Positions 1-7,964 of a DNA stretch of 24,843 nucleotides are shown in pieces. A program made the translations under genes and the position numbers. The notes beneath the pieces are model-generated. The model ran no database searches. It saw only the letters and a program-made list of their open reading frames with translations, and was not told the origin of the DNA. Position 1 is the first letter of the stretch, and each line of letters begins with the position of its first letter. Source of the stretch: Gemmatimonadota bacterium (GTDB lineage Bacteria > Gemmatimonadota > Gemmatimonadetes > Gemmatimonadales > GWC2-71-9); NCBI GenBank assembly GCA_039591655.1, contig JBDHDE010000041.1, positions 1 through 24,843 of the forward strand, read 5' to 3'.

Positions 1-1823
1 TGCCGGCCGGCGACCTGGTGCTGCGACGCCTGAGCCTGCGTGAGAGTCTCATGACCCTGGGCCACGTGGTCGTGGGGATCGGCGTGGTCGGTCTCATGTA
101 CGACGCCTTGGGGGGCGGAACGGGCACCGACGCGATATCCGCGGACAACCTGCTTCAGCTCGCAGTGGCCGTGCTGCTCCCTCCCATCGTGGCAAACATC
201 TCGTTCTATGGGCAGCTGGGGCTGGCGGGGGTGCTCCCCCGCACCGACGTGAAGCTCACTGTCCGGTGGGAGGCCGTGGTCTCGGCGGCCGGCGCGGTCT
301 TCGCCATAGGCTGGGTGGCCGTTGCCACTGCCGAGCTCGCGCCCGGCGCCGCGTCCTTCATCGTGGCCGCCCTCGTCGCGGCCGCGTGGCTTGCGTGGTG
401 GGTGATTCAGACGGCCGTCCGTGCCGACGAGCTGGAGCTGGTCCAGGGCCTGGCCGGAGCCGTCGCCACGGAGGTGAACATCGAGCAGAGCTTCGCCCGG
501 ATCCAGGAGCTCACCGGCAAGCTCGTGCCCTGGGAGCACATGGGGTTTGGCAGCTACGACCCCGAGCGCGAAGAGGTGGAGCTCGTCGCCGACACGAGCA
601 CCAGCGAGAAGCTGCGGTTCCACATCCAAACCGGACTGGTGGGCGAGGCGGTCCGGGCCCGGGGACCCGTGGTGGCCAACGTGCTCACCAGGGCGACCAT
701 GGTCCTCCCGGAGGGCGAGACGGCGGGAGCTGAGATCCTGATTCCGCTATACCAGGGAGACGACTTGGTGGGAATGTGGAGCGTGCGGCACTCCGATCCC
801 ACCATGTACCGGCCCGCCGACGGCGCGCTGCTCAACCTGCTCGCCCCACAGCTCGCGCTATCCCTCTCCCTGAGCTCGCTGGTGGGACCTCTGGCCGAGT
901 CGTCGGAGCGCACCGCGGCCTACGTCCGTCAGCTAACAGCCGCGAGCCAGACCATCCAGACGGCGGCACAGACCATGGCCGAGAGCGCCGTTCGCGCGGA
1001 GGAGCGAGCGCGACACGCGGCCCAGCGGATGGAGGAGGCCGGCGACTCCCTGAAGCATCTGGGCCAGAGCATCGAAGGGACGCTGAACGCGGCGTCCGAG
1101 ACCAATGATGCCAGCCAGGCCACTGCTGAGACGGCCCTGGGGGTGCGGGACGCCAGCGGCCGGGCCGTCGAGCAGCTGGGGCAGCTCATCAGCACCATCG
1201 CCGAGGGCGCGGCCGAGGTGAGCCGGCTGCGGGACGCCGCCCAGGACGTAGAGGAGTTCTCCGAGACCATCGCCCAGATCGCCAACCAGACCAACCTCCT
1301 GGCGCTGAACGCCACCATCGAGGCGGCGCGTACCGGGATCCACGGCAAGGGCTTCGCGGTGGTGGCCGACGAGGTCCGCAAGCTGGCCGAGCAGAGCGCT
1401 CAGGCTGCGGGGAGCATGGGCCGCGGTGCGCAGGAGACTCGGCGGGTGATTGACCGGGCGGCCAGGGTCCTGGAGGAGCTGAACAGCCAGCTGACTACGG
1501 TCACTCAGGCATCCGAAGCCTGGACCGTGGAGCTTGACCACGTGGTCAACACGGCGGAGGCGGCGCGGCGCACTGGCGAGCGGATGGCCCAGGGGCCCCG
1601 GGAGAACCGCCAGAAGGCCGACGCCACCCATGAGGTGGTGGGCGACGCCCAAACGGCAGCCGCGGCCTCGGCCAAAGAGGCCGCCGATATGGCCGCCGCC
1701 GCAAAGGACCAACTGCGCGCCATCGCCGATCTCTCCCGCGGCGCTGGGGAGCTCACCGCGCTGGCCGAGCAGCTCCAGCGAGGCGCCAGATTCGTGCGGG
1801 CCGGGCACCCGGCATCAGAGTGA
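1..1823 (+). CDS. Methyl-accepting chemotaxis protein with N-terminal multi-TM region and GAF domain (5' truncated)
   Basis: Frame is open from the window edge (codons from nt 3). Several hydrophobic helices, then a GAF-like segment ([14 protein letters not shown]...[17 protein letters not shown]...[14 protein letters not shown]), then the MCP hairpin [40 protein letters not shown]. Stop TGA 1821-1823. Confidence 0.92.
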   Translation, partial: PAGDLVLRRLSLRESLMTLGHVVVGIGVVGLMYDALGGGTGTDAISADNLLQLAVAVLLPPIVANISFYGQLGLAGVLPRTDVKLTVRWEAVVSAAGAVFAIGWVAVATAELAPGAASFIVAALVAAAWLAWWVIQTAVRADELELVQGLAGAVATEVNIEQSFARIQELTGKLVPWEHMGFGSYDPEREEVELVADTSTSEKLRFHIQTGLVGEAVRARGPVVANVLTRATMVLPEGETAGAEILIPLYQGDDLVGMWSVRHSDPTMYRPADGALLNLLAPQLALSLSLSSLVGPLAESSERTAAYVRQLTAASQTIQTAAQTMAESAVRAEERARHAAQRMEEAGDSLKHLGQSIEGTLNAASETNDASQATAETALGVRDASGRAVEQLGQLISTIAEGAAEVSRLRDAAQDVEEFSETIAQIANQTNLLALNATIEAARTGIHGKGFAVVADEVRKLAEQSAQAAGSMGRGAQETRRVIDRAARVLEELNSQLTTVTQASEAWTVELDHVVNTAEAARRTGERMAQGPRENRQKADATHEVVGDAQTAAAASAKEAADMAAAAKDQLRAIADLSRGAGELTALAEQLQRGARFVRAGHPASE

Positions 1824-1875
1824 TCCACGGCACAGCTTCGGGGGGCTCCCGGGGCTGTAAATTGTTGCAACACCT

Positions 1876-3372
1876 ATGGAAATGACCTCTCGCGCGGCGC
1901 GCCGCGCCGCGATCGTCGCGCTGCTGTCGGCAGCAGGCTCTACCAGCGCCCTCGCCCAGTCGGGCTCCGCCTGGCAGCTCGAGGTGGGCGTGTTGGGGAC
2001 CGTGACGGCCTACGACAACACCAACATCGCGCTGGACACGAAGTTCGGCGCCGGCGGCGTCGTCGGGCTCTACTTCAGCCGCATGTTCTCCCTCGAGGCG
2101 ACGGGCGACTACACGGCCACCAGCGATTCCCTGGGAGCCGACGTCAACGTCTCACAGATCGGCGGGACGTTCGTCGCTCACACGCGGCCCACCGTGCTCG
2201 GTAGCATGTACGTCGGTCTGGGCTACTCCCGGGTGTTCTATCGCGGCGCGGTGGATGCGAACGACAACGAGGCTCACCTCATCCTGGGAGACCGCTTCTC
2301 TCTCGGGGGGCGCACGGCCATCCGCATCGAGGGTCGCCTCGGGTGGCTGCCGCAGTCGTCCCTCTCTCCCACGAACGGCGGTGCGGTGAACATCGGCGCT
2401 GCGGTGGGCATCTCGGTCTTCGCCTTTGGCGGACCGCCCCGGGATGCCGATGGCGACGGCGTGATCAACGAGACAGACCAGTGTCCCGACACACCCAGGG
2501 GCGCTTTGGTGGACTCGGTGGGGTGCCCCCTCGACGCGGATGGTGATGGGGTGTTTGATGGGCTGGACCAATGCCCCGACACACCGTCAGGTGCATTCGT
2601 GGACGAGCGGGGGTGCCCCACCGACACCGATGCTGACGGAGTGCCCGACGGCATCGATGTCTGCCCCAACACTCCGGTGGGCGCCACGGTGGACGAGAAC
2701 GGGTGCCCCACAGACGCCGACGACGACGGTGTGTTCGACGGGCTGGACCAGTGCCCCGACACACCCCTGGGCGCCGAAGTGGACGCCGTCGGTTGTCCCA
2801 CCGACGCAGACGGGGACGGCGTATACGACGGTCTCGACCAGTGCCCCGACACACCCCCGGGGACAACGGTGGACGCCACGGGTTGCCCGGTGATCGAGCG
2901 GGATAGCGACGGCGACGGCGTGCCCGACAGCCGCGACCGGTGTCCCAACACGGCGGCGGGGCAGGAGATCGACGAGGTCGGCTGCCCGATCCTGTTCGTG
3001 GTGGAGGAAGGGGTGGCGCGGGCCCTCGTTCTCAGGGGCGTGAACTTCCAGACCAACCGATCGGCTCTGACGGCGGCATCGTTTGCCATCCTCGACGAGG
3101 TGGCGGCATCGCTGCTGGCGCACCCCGACGTGCGAATCGAGATCGGCGGACACACGGACAACACCGGCCGAGCCTCCTACAACCAGCGGCTCTCAGAGCA
3201 GCGGGCCCAGGCGGTGAAGGCGTACCTGGCGCGCCGGGGCGTGAGCCCATCGCGCATGGTGGCCCGCGGCTACGGCGAGGACAGCCCCATCACCACCAAC
3301 GCCACCCCAGACGGGCGGGCCCAGAACCGGCGGGTCGAGCTCAGGTTGCTGGAGGGGGGTCAGAGGCAGTAA
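1876..3372 (+). CDS. OmpA-family outer membrane protein: signal peptide, beta-barrel, thrombospondin type-3 repeats, OmpA C-terminal peptidoglycan-binding domain
   Basis: Signal peptide ending ALA-Q; amphipathic beta strands; six DxDxDGVxDxxDxCP repeats; OmpA motifs GVNF, IGGHTDNTG, YNQRLSEQRAQAV, GYGE, NRRVE. ATG 1882 is an alternative start. Confidence 0.95.
   Translation: MEMTSRAARRAAIVALLSAAGSTSALAQSGSAWQLEVGVLGTVTAYDNTNIALDTKFGAGGVVGLYFSRMFSLEATGDYTATSDSLGADVNVSQIGGTFVAHTRPTVLGSMYVGLGYSRVFYRGAVDANDNEAHLILGDRFSLGGRTAIRIEGRLGWLPQSSLSPTNGGAVNIGAAVGISVFAFGGPPRDADGDGVINETDQCPDTPRGALVDSVGCPLDADGDGVFDGLDQCPDTPSGAFVDERGCPTDTDADGVPDGIDVCPNTPVGATVDENGCPTDADDDGVFDGLDQCPDTPLGAEVDAVGCPTDADGDGVYDGLDQCPDTPPGTTVDATGCPVIERDSDGDGVPDSRDRCPNTAAGQEIDEVGCPILFVVEEGVARALVLRGVNFQTNRSALTAASFAILDEVAASLLAHPDVRIEIGGHTDNTGRASYNQRLSEQRAQAVKAYLARRGVSPSRMVARGYGEDSPITTNATPDGRAQNRRVELRLLEGGQRQ
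2443..2988 (+). repeat. Six tandem ~90-bp (30-aa) TSP type-3 Ca-binding repeats within the OmpA gene
   Basis: Units such as DADGDGVFDGLDQCPDTPSGAFVDERGCP occur six times; the last is preceded by a short VIER insert. Confidence 0.95.
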
Positions 3373-3424
3373 ATCAAGCGGTAGTGCGGCACTAGGAGGA
3401 CGGCAAGACAGGTAGGCGATGACT

Positions 3425-3473
3425 GGGCGGTCGCGGGGCGGCGGGAGCTCACTCCTGCCGCCCCGCACCGCCC
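3425..3473 (+). terminator. Long GC hairpin downstream of the OmpA gene (terminator or 3' stabiliser; no U-tract)
   Basis: GCGGGGCGGCGGGAG-CTCA-CTCCTGCCGCCCCGC (15 bp, one G.U), extended by GGGCGGT/ACCGCCC. Confidence 0.6.
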
Positions 3474-3510
3474 TCAGCCACCTCGACGGTTCCCAGGGGG
3501 TCCGGCACGG

Positions 3511-4878
3511 ATGATGGTGAGCATACGGCACGGTACCATGACCGCTCTGCTGGGAGCGGCTCTAGCCGCCCCGGCCGCTGCCCAGGGGGGTGGCGGGGAG
3601 CGCACCTTGGTGCCCCTGCACCATGCGGCTCCGGTGCCGGACTACCTCGCCGTCCTGCGCCACGAGGGGGTGCCTCCCATCCGGATGCCGTTGCCGCCGG
3701 AGGTCGGCCCCACAGTCCATCCCCTGCACCACGGCAACACGGCGCCGGACTACCTGGTGGCGGTGGCTCTGGCGGACGAGGCGATTGCCCAGCCGACACA
3801 GTTCCAGATCCCCCCTCCCCCGCCGGGCCGGCCTCCTACCGTCGTCCGTGGGCTCTACCTCAACGCGTGGGTCTTCGGCTCGGGCCGGTTCTACGATCTG
3901 GTGGCGCTCGCCGACACCACGGAGATCAACGCGTTCGTCATCGACGTGAAAGACGCCACGGGGTTCATCGCCTACCGCTCCAGTGTGCCCACTGCAGTAG
4001 CCATCGGCGCCAATGGCCTGGTGCGCTCCCGGGATGCCCGCCGGCGCCTCGCAGTCCTGGAGGCACACGGCATCCATGCCATTGCCCGCATCGTCGTTGC
4101 GCGTGACCCGTTGCTGGCCAAGCGCAAGTCCGATTGGGCAATCCACCATGTCGAAGGAGGGCTGTGGCGCGACGGCTTGGGCGAGCCGTGGGTGGACGCG
4201 TATCACGATTCAGTGTGGATCTACGCCGCCGACATCGCCGCCGAGGCGGTAGTGATGGGATTCAAGGAGATCCAGTTCGACTACGTGCGATTTCCCGACG
4301 AGCCGCCCGGGCGCCTCAACAACGCTGTATACGTCGCGCGGAACGACGGCGAGAGCAAGCGGGCCGCCATGCGGCGCCACGTCGGGCTGCTGCGGGATCG
4401 TGTCACCCGACTCGGCGTGCCCTTCACCCTGGACGTGTTCGGACTCACCACCAGCGCCCGTGGCGGGATGGGAATCGGGCAGTACTGGGAGGACCTCTCC
4501 CAGCTGGCGGACGTGCTATTACCGATGGTGTACCCCAGCCACTACCCCAGAGGCTCCTACGGCATCTCCTATCCCAACGCGGAGCCGTACACCATCGTCC
4601 GTCGCGCGCTGGAGGACGGGATCACCCGATCGGCCGACCTCGCCAACGCGGCCCGTATCCGGCCCTACCTCCAGGCATTCACGCTGCGCCGGCCGCGCTA
4701 CACGGCGGCTCACGTGCGGGCGCAGATTCGGGCCGTCGAGGACGCAGGACTGACGGACTGGGTGCTGTGGAATGCCAGTGGGAGGTATCCGGCGGCGGCA
4801 TTGAGACCGATCTGGCCCGTGACGCCCGCCGTCGCACCGGCGGTGGCGCCGGCGACCGGGCAGTCCGACTTCCGCTAA
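3511..4878 (+). CDS. Secreted putative glycoside hydrolase (DUF4015-like TIM barrel)
   Basis: Signal peptide (LLGAALAAPAAAQ); motifs RGLYL, INAFVIDVKDATG, IARIVVARD, GFKEIQFDYVRFP, DVFG, IGQYWE, PMVYPSHY, RPYLQAF, LWNA. Start could be 3511, 3514 or 3538. Confidence 0.85.
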   Translation: MMVSIRHGTMTALLGAALAAPAAAQGGGGERTLVPLHHAAPVPDYLAVLRHEGVPPIRMPLPPEVGPTVHPLHHGNTAPDYLVAVALADEAIAQPTQFQIPPPPPGRPPTVVRGLYLNAWVFGSGRFYDLVALADTTEINAFVIDVKDATGFIAYRSSVPTAVAIGANGLVRSRDARRRLAVLEAHGIHAIARIVVARDPLLAKRKSDWAIHHVEGGLWRDGLGEPWVDAYHDSVWIYAADIAAEAVVMGFKEIQFDYVRFPDEPPGRLNNAVYVARNDGESKRAAMRRHVGLLRDRVTRLGVPFTLDVFGLTTSARGGMGIGQYWEDLSQLADVLLPMVYPSHYPRGSYGISYPNAEPYTIVRRALEDGITRSADLANAARIRPYLQAFTLRRPRYTAAHVRAQIRAVEDAGLTDWVLWNASGRYPAAALRPIWPVTPAVAPAVAPATGQSDFR

Positions 4879-4906
4879 CTCCCTCGCCTCGAGCAAGCCC
4901 GATTCG

Positions 4907-6928
4907 TTACGACGAACCGGGCTGCCAGCCAGTGATGTACCCCGCGACCGCCGAGGCGGCCGTCGTGTATGGCGACGCCAGGTAAAGCTGCCCCGGCCCC
5001 GACCGGCCGGGGAAGTTCCGATTGATGGCGCTCACCGTCACGGTCTCACGATCGTAGGAGACACCGGGCCCCGCGTTGATGCACGCCCCGCAGCTGGGCT
5101 CAATGAATTGCGCGCCCACCTGCTCGAACACGTCCAGATAGCCGCGCTCTTCGCAGTAGCGTTTCACCTCCTGCGAGCCCACCTGGATGAAGCACTGCAC
5201 GTCCGCATGTACCTTGAGCCCGCCCTCGAGCGCGCTCTTGAACACCGCTACGTACATGTCCATGTCCGACTTCTTGCCCGCCGTGCAGGAACCAGCGTAG
5301 GCGATGTCGATCTTCACCGGACCACCTAACTCCGCTATGGAGAGCCCGTTGCCCGGGTCGCCCGGCAACGCGATCATCGGCTCCAGCCCCGCAGCGTCGA
5401 TCTCGATGATCGTCTCGTACTCCGCGCCCTCGTCCGAGTAGAGTCCCTCGAGGAGCGGGCGCGTCTCGGCCGGATCCATCCCGCGTTCCCGGGCCAGGAA
5501 ACCCACGACCTTCTCGTCCGGACGCACGATCCCCGTGAACGCCCCCACTTCGGCGGCCATGTTCGTCATCGTCGCGCGCTCGTCGACCGACAGCGCCTCC
5601 ACCGCCTCGCCGGCGTACTCCACGATCTTCCCGATGGCGTTCCCGTTCTTCACGTACGGGTGCTTCAGGATCTGCAGCATGAAGTCCTTCGCCGTCACGT
5701 TGTCGGGCTTCTCCCCACTCACCCGGATCAGAACCGACGGCGGAACCTTGATGCGGACGTCCTTGGTGAGCCACGAGTTGAAGATCGCGGTGGTGCCGAC
5801 GCCGAACGCGACTGCACCGACGGCGCCGGCATGCGGCGTGTGGGAGTCCGTCCCGATGATCAGGTGACCCGGGAGGGCGTGCTGCTCGAGGATCTTGGAG
5901 TGGCAGATGGCTTCGGAGCCGCGCACGGCCATCCGCCCGAGGCGCGGCAGCTCGCCGTACAGCGTGACACCCTGCTCAGCGGCGAACTTCTCCTGCTTCG
6001 CTTTCAGCTCCAACGCGACATCCAGCAGGCCCTGCGCCTTGCGCTCCTCGGTCATGGCTATCTCGAGGAACGTCAGGTGATCGCGGAAGAAGAAGACCGA
6101 GGCCGGATCCACGATCTTCTCGTCCTCTCCCACGTAGTCACGCCAGAAGATGGCTGCCATGGGCGTCACGTACTCGTGACTGAACCGGATGTCGGTCCGC
6201 ACGAACCCCTCGTCGCCGCACTGTACGCACCGCACGCCTACCTCGTCTTCGGCGAGGTCGGCGATCCAGTGCCGGGCGAGAATCTTCTCTGCCAGGGTCA
6301 TGGGCCGCTCGCCGGTGGTGACCGCCGGTACCTGCACCTTGCCCTGGAGTCGGGCCACGTTGTACTGGAACAGCCCGCCGAACTCGATGATGCCCCTGGT
6401 GATCTCGCCTTCCCCCTCCGTGAACACGCTCAGGGGAATCTCCTCACCACCGCGGAGCCGCTCGATGAGGCCGAAGTCGGTGCTGGTGAGGACGCCCAGG
6501 TTCTGGCAGTTCTCCCGGTAGATCCGTTCGATACTCTCCGCGATGACCAGCCGGACGCCGGCGATCATCTCGGCGTAGGGCGATTGCTCCCTGGAGGAGC
6601 CCTTGCCGCGCCGCTTGCCGCTCACCGAGCAGACGAAGCCGCCCCCCTTGACGCTGCCCCTCCCGATTGGGAACTCCTCGCCTGCCTTCAGACCGAGATA
6701 GGGGAATTCCCCTAGCGTCTCGTCGTAGTAGTAGCAGATGTAGGCCGGTGTGATCTCGTCGGTGGAGATGTCGTCCCGCAGCGAGGCATCCACCGGCCAG
6801 GAGAGGTCCTCTCCCTCAAGCTGCCGGCGGACCAGGGCGGGGTCATCCACCAGGAAGAGAACGCGACCGTCGAACCTGACGCGGTCGGGTCGCTGCTCCA
6901 CGGGTCGGGCCTTGAGACTCTCGATCAT
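4907..6928 (-). CDS. Aconitase/3-isopropylmalate dehydratase family [4Fe-4S] hydro-lyase; small (swivel) domain fused N-terminal to the large subunit; 673 aa
   Basis: Start re-called at ATG 6928 (MIESLK); the ORF-track extension to 7234 overlaps the divergent gene. N-terminal LeuD-like motifs DDISTDEITP, GKGSSREQS, VIAESIERIYRENCQNLG. C-terminal LeuC-like motifs MTLAEKIL, GTDSHT, GSCT, PSCGAC, NRNFPGRSG, YLASP. Confidence 0.9.
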   Translation of the reverse strand: MIESLKARPVEQRPDRVRFDGRVLFLVDDPALVRRQLEGEDLSWPVDASLRDDISTDEITPAYICYYYDETLGEFPYLGLKAGEEFPIGRGSVKGGGFVCSVSGKRRGKGSSREQSPYAEMIAGVRLVIAESIERIYRENCQNLGVLTSTDFGLIERLRGGEEIPLSVFTEGEGEITRGIIEFGGLFQYNVARLQGKVQVPAVTTGERPMTLAEKILARHWIADLAEDEVGVRCVQCGDEGFVRTDIRFSHEYVTPMAAIFWRDYVGEDEKIVDPASVFFFRDHLTFLEIAMTEERKAQGLLDVALELKAKQEKFAAEQGVTLYGELPRLGRMAVRGSEAICHSKILEQHALPGHLIIGTDSHTPHAGAVGAVAFGVGTTAIFNSWLTKDVRIKVPPSVLIRVSGEKPDNVTAKDFMLQILKHPYVKNGNAIGKIVEYAGEAVEALSVDERATMTNMAAEVGAFTGIVRPDEKVVGFLARERGMDPAETRPLLEGLYSDEGAEYETIIEIDAAGLEPMIALPGDPGNGLSIAELGGPVKIDIAYAGSCTAGKKSDMDMYVAVFKSALEGGLKVHADVQCFIQVGSQEVKRYCEERGYLDVFEQVGAQFIEPSCGACINAGPGVSYDRETVTVSAINRNFPGRSGPGQLYLASPYTTAASAVAGYITGWQPGSS

Positions 6929-6966
6929 CGGCTCACAGGGGTACGGGCCGAAACTTGACGGCTCTG

Positions 6967-6995
6967 TTTCCGATAGGCAACCGAGCGTGTAGAAT
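6967..6995 (+). promoter_or_regulatory. Sigma70-type promoter candidate TTTCCG-N17-TAGAAT, possibly giving a leaderless mRNA starting at ATG 7002
   Basis: TAGAAT at 6990-6995; 6 nt separate it from the in-frame ATG at 7002; no SD upstream. Confidence 0.45.
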
Positions 6996-7001
6996 ATGTC
7001 G

Positions 7002-7964
7002 ATGCCTGAGGCGGCGGCCGCACACCGCTTCTGCGCCAGTTGGCGGCTGGCGCTGGTGCTCCTGGCAACGGGGGCGTGGGCCGTGGCGTGCTCCAACCAG
7101 CGTGCCCGGGCCCCGGGCGGGGCGGTGCGGCCTGCGGTCTTCGAGTATACCGGGGCGTTCGTTGCCCCAAACCTCACCGAGAGCTCCGGAGTCGTGGTGA
7201 GCCGACGGCACGCCGGAGTGCTCTGGACCCACAACGACTCCGAAGACGGCGCCTACCTCTACGCCAGCACCCTGGCCGGCGAGGACCTGGGCGGCTACCA
7301 CATCGCCAACGCCTGGGCGGTAGACTGGGAGGACATCGCGTTGGGGCCGTGCCCCGAATCGGACGAGAGCTGCCTCTACATCGCCGATACCGGCGACAAC
7401 AACGTGCGACGCAGCGACGCCGGCATCTACATCCTGAAGGAGCCCGACGCGCTGCCGGTCCCCGGCAGGTGGCCGTTTGAGGAGATCAGCGCCCGCCGGC
7501 TGGCACTGCGCTACGAGGACGGTCCTTGTGATGTGGAGGCGATGGCGGTGACGCCCGAGGGGCAGATCCTGCTGATCACCAAGGGCCGATCCGGTCCCAT
7601 CAGGCTGTTCCGCATCGACCGCCTGGCGGCGCAGGCCGACTCGGCGGTCCCACGGCCGACCGATACACTCAACATCGTACCACAACGCAACCTGGGCCGT
7701 TTGCCGACGGGGGCGGCCATGTCACCCGATGGCGAGCGCCTCGTGGTGCGCACCTACACCGAGCTCTATTTCTACCGCCTGGAGGGCGAGGACATCGCTC
7801 CCGAGAGCAAGCCATGCTGGCTCGGCACGCAGGAGCCCCAGGGCGAGGCCGTAGACTTCCTGGACAACCATACATTAGTGGTCACGAGCGAGGCGAAATT
7901 CGGCCTCCAGGGCACTATCGGGCGGGTGCGGTGCCCGACACTGGAGGGACAGGAGGCTCAGTGA
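7002..7964 (+). CDS. Exported or lipoprotein beta-propeller protein of unknown function (esterase-like phytase/SdiA-regulated-like)
   Basis: Hydrophobic signal followed by AVAC (Cys codon at 7089); motifs ESSG, LWTHNDS, DWEDIA, LYIADTGDN, DVEAMAV, TGAAMSPDG, QGEAV. Start 6996 or 7002. Confidence 0.75.
   Translation: MPEAAAAHRFCASWRLALVLLATGAWAVACSNQRARAPGGAVRPAVFEYTGAFVAPNLTESSGVVVSRRHAGVLWTHNDSEDGAYLYASTLAGEDLGGYHIANAWAVDWEDIALGPCPESDESCLYIADTGDNNVRRSDAGIYILKEPDALPVPGRWPFEEISARRLALRYEDGPCDVEAMAVTPEGQILLITKGRSGPIRLFRIDRLAAQADSAVPRPTDTLNIVPQRNLGRLPTGAAMSPDGERLVVRTYTELYFYRLEGEDIAPESKPCWLGTQEPQGEAVDFLDNHTLVVTSEAKFGLQGTIGRVRCPTLEGQEAQ

Noticed and set aside
2443..2988. Regularly spaced repeats as a possible CRISPR array
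   Set aside because: In-frame coding TSP3 repeats with synonymous variation; no unique spacers and no cas genes.
3382..3394. Short palindrome TAGTGC-G-GCACTA after the OmpA stop
   Set aside because: Only 6-bp arms, single occurrence; resemblance to the TrmB palindrome is too slight.
6929..7234. 102-aa N-terminal extension of the aconitase-like ORF
   Set aside because: Overlaps the divergent gene and its promoter; family similarity starts at MIESL (6928).
7814..7960. ORF-track upstream start of the M28 gene; likewise the extensions for lon (15012), rsgA (22295) and the 83-aa gene (19965)
   Set aside because: Downstream starts fit better with SD sites, gene overlaps or domain boundaries.
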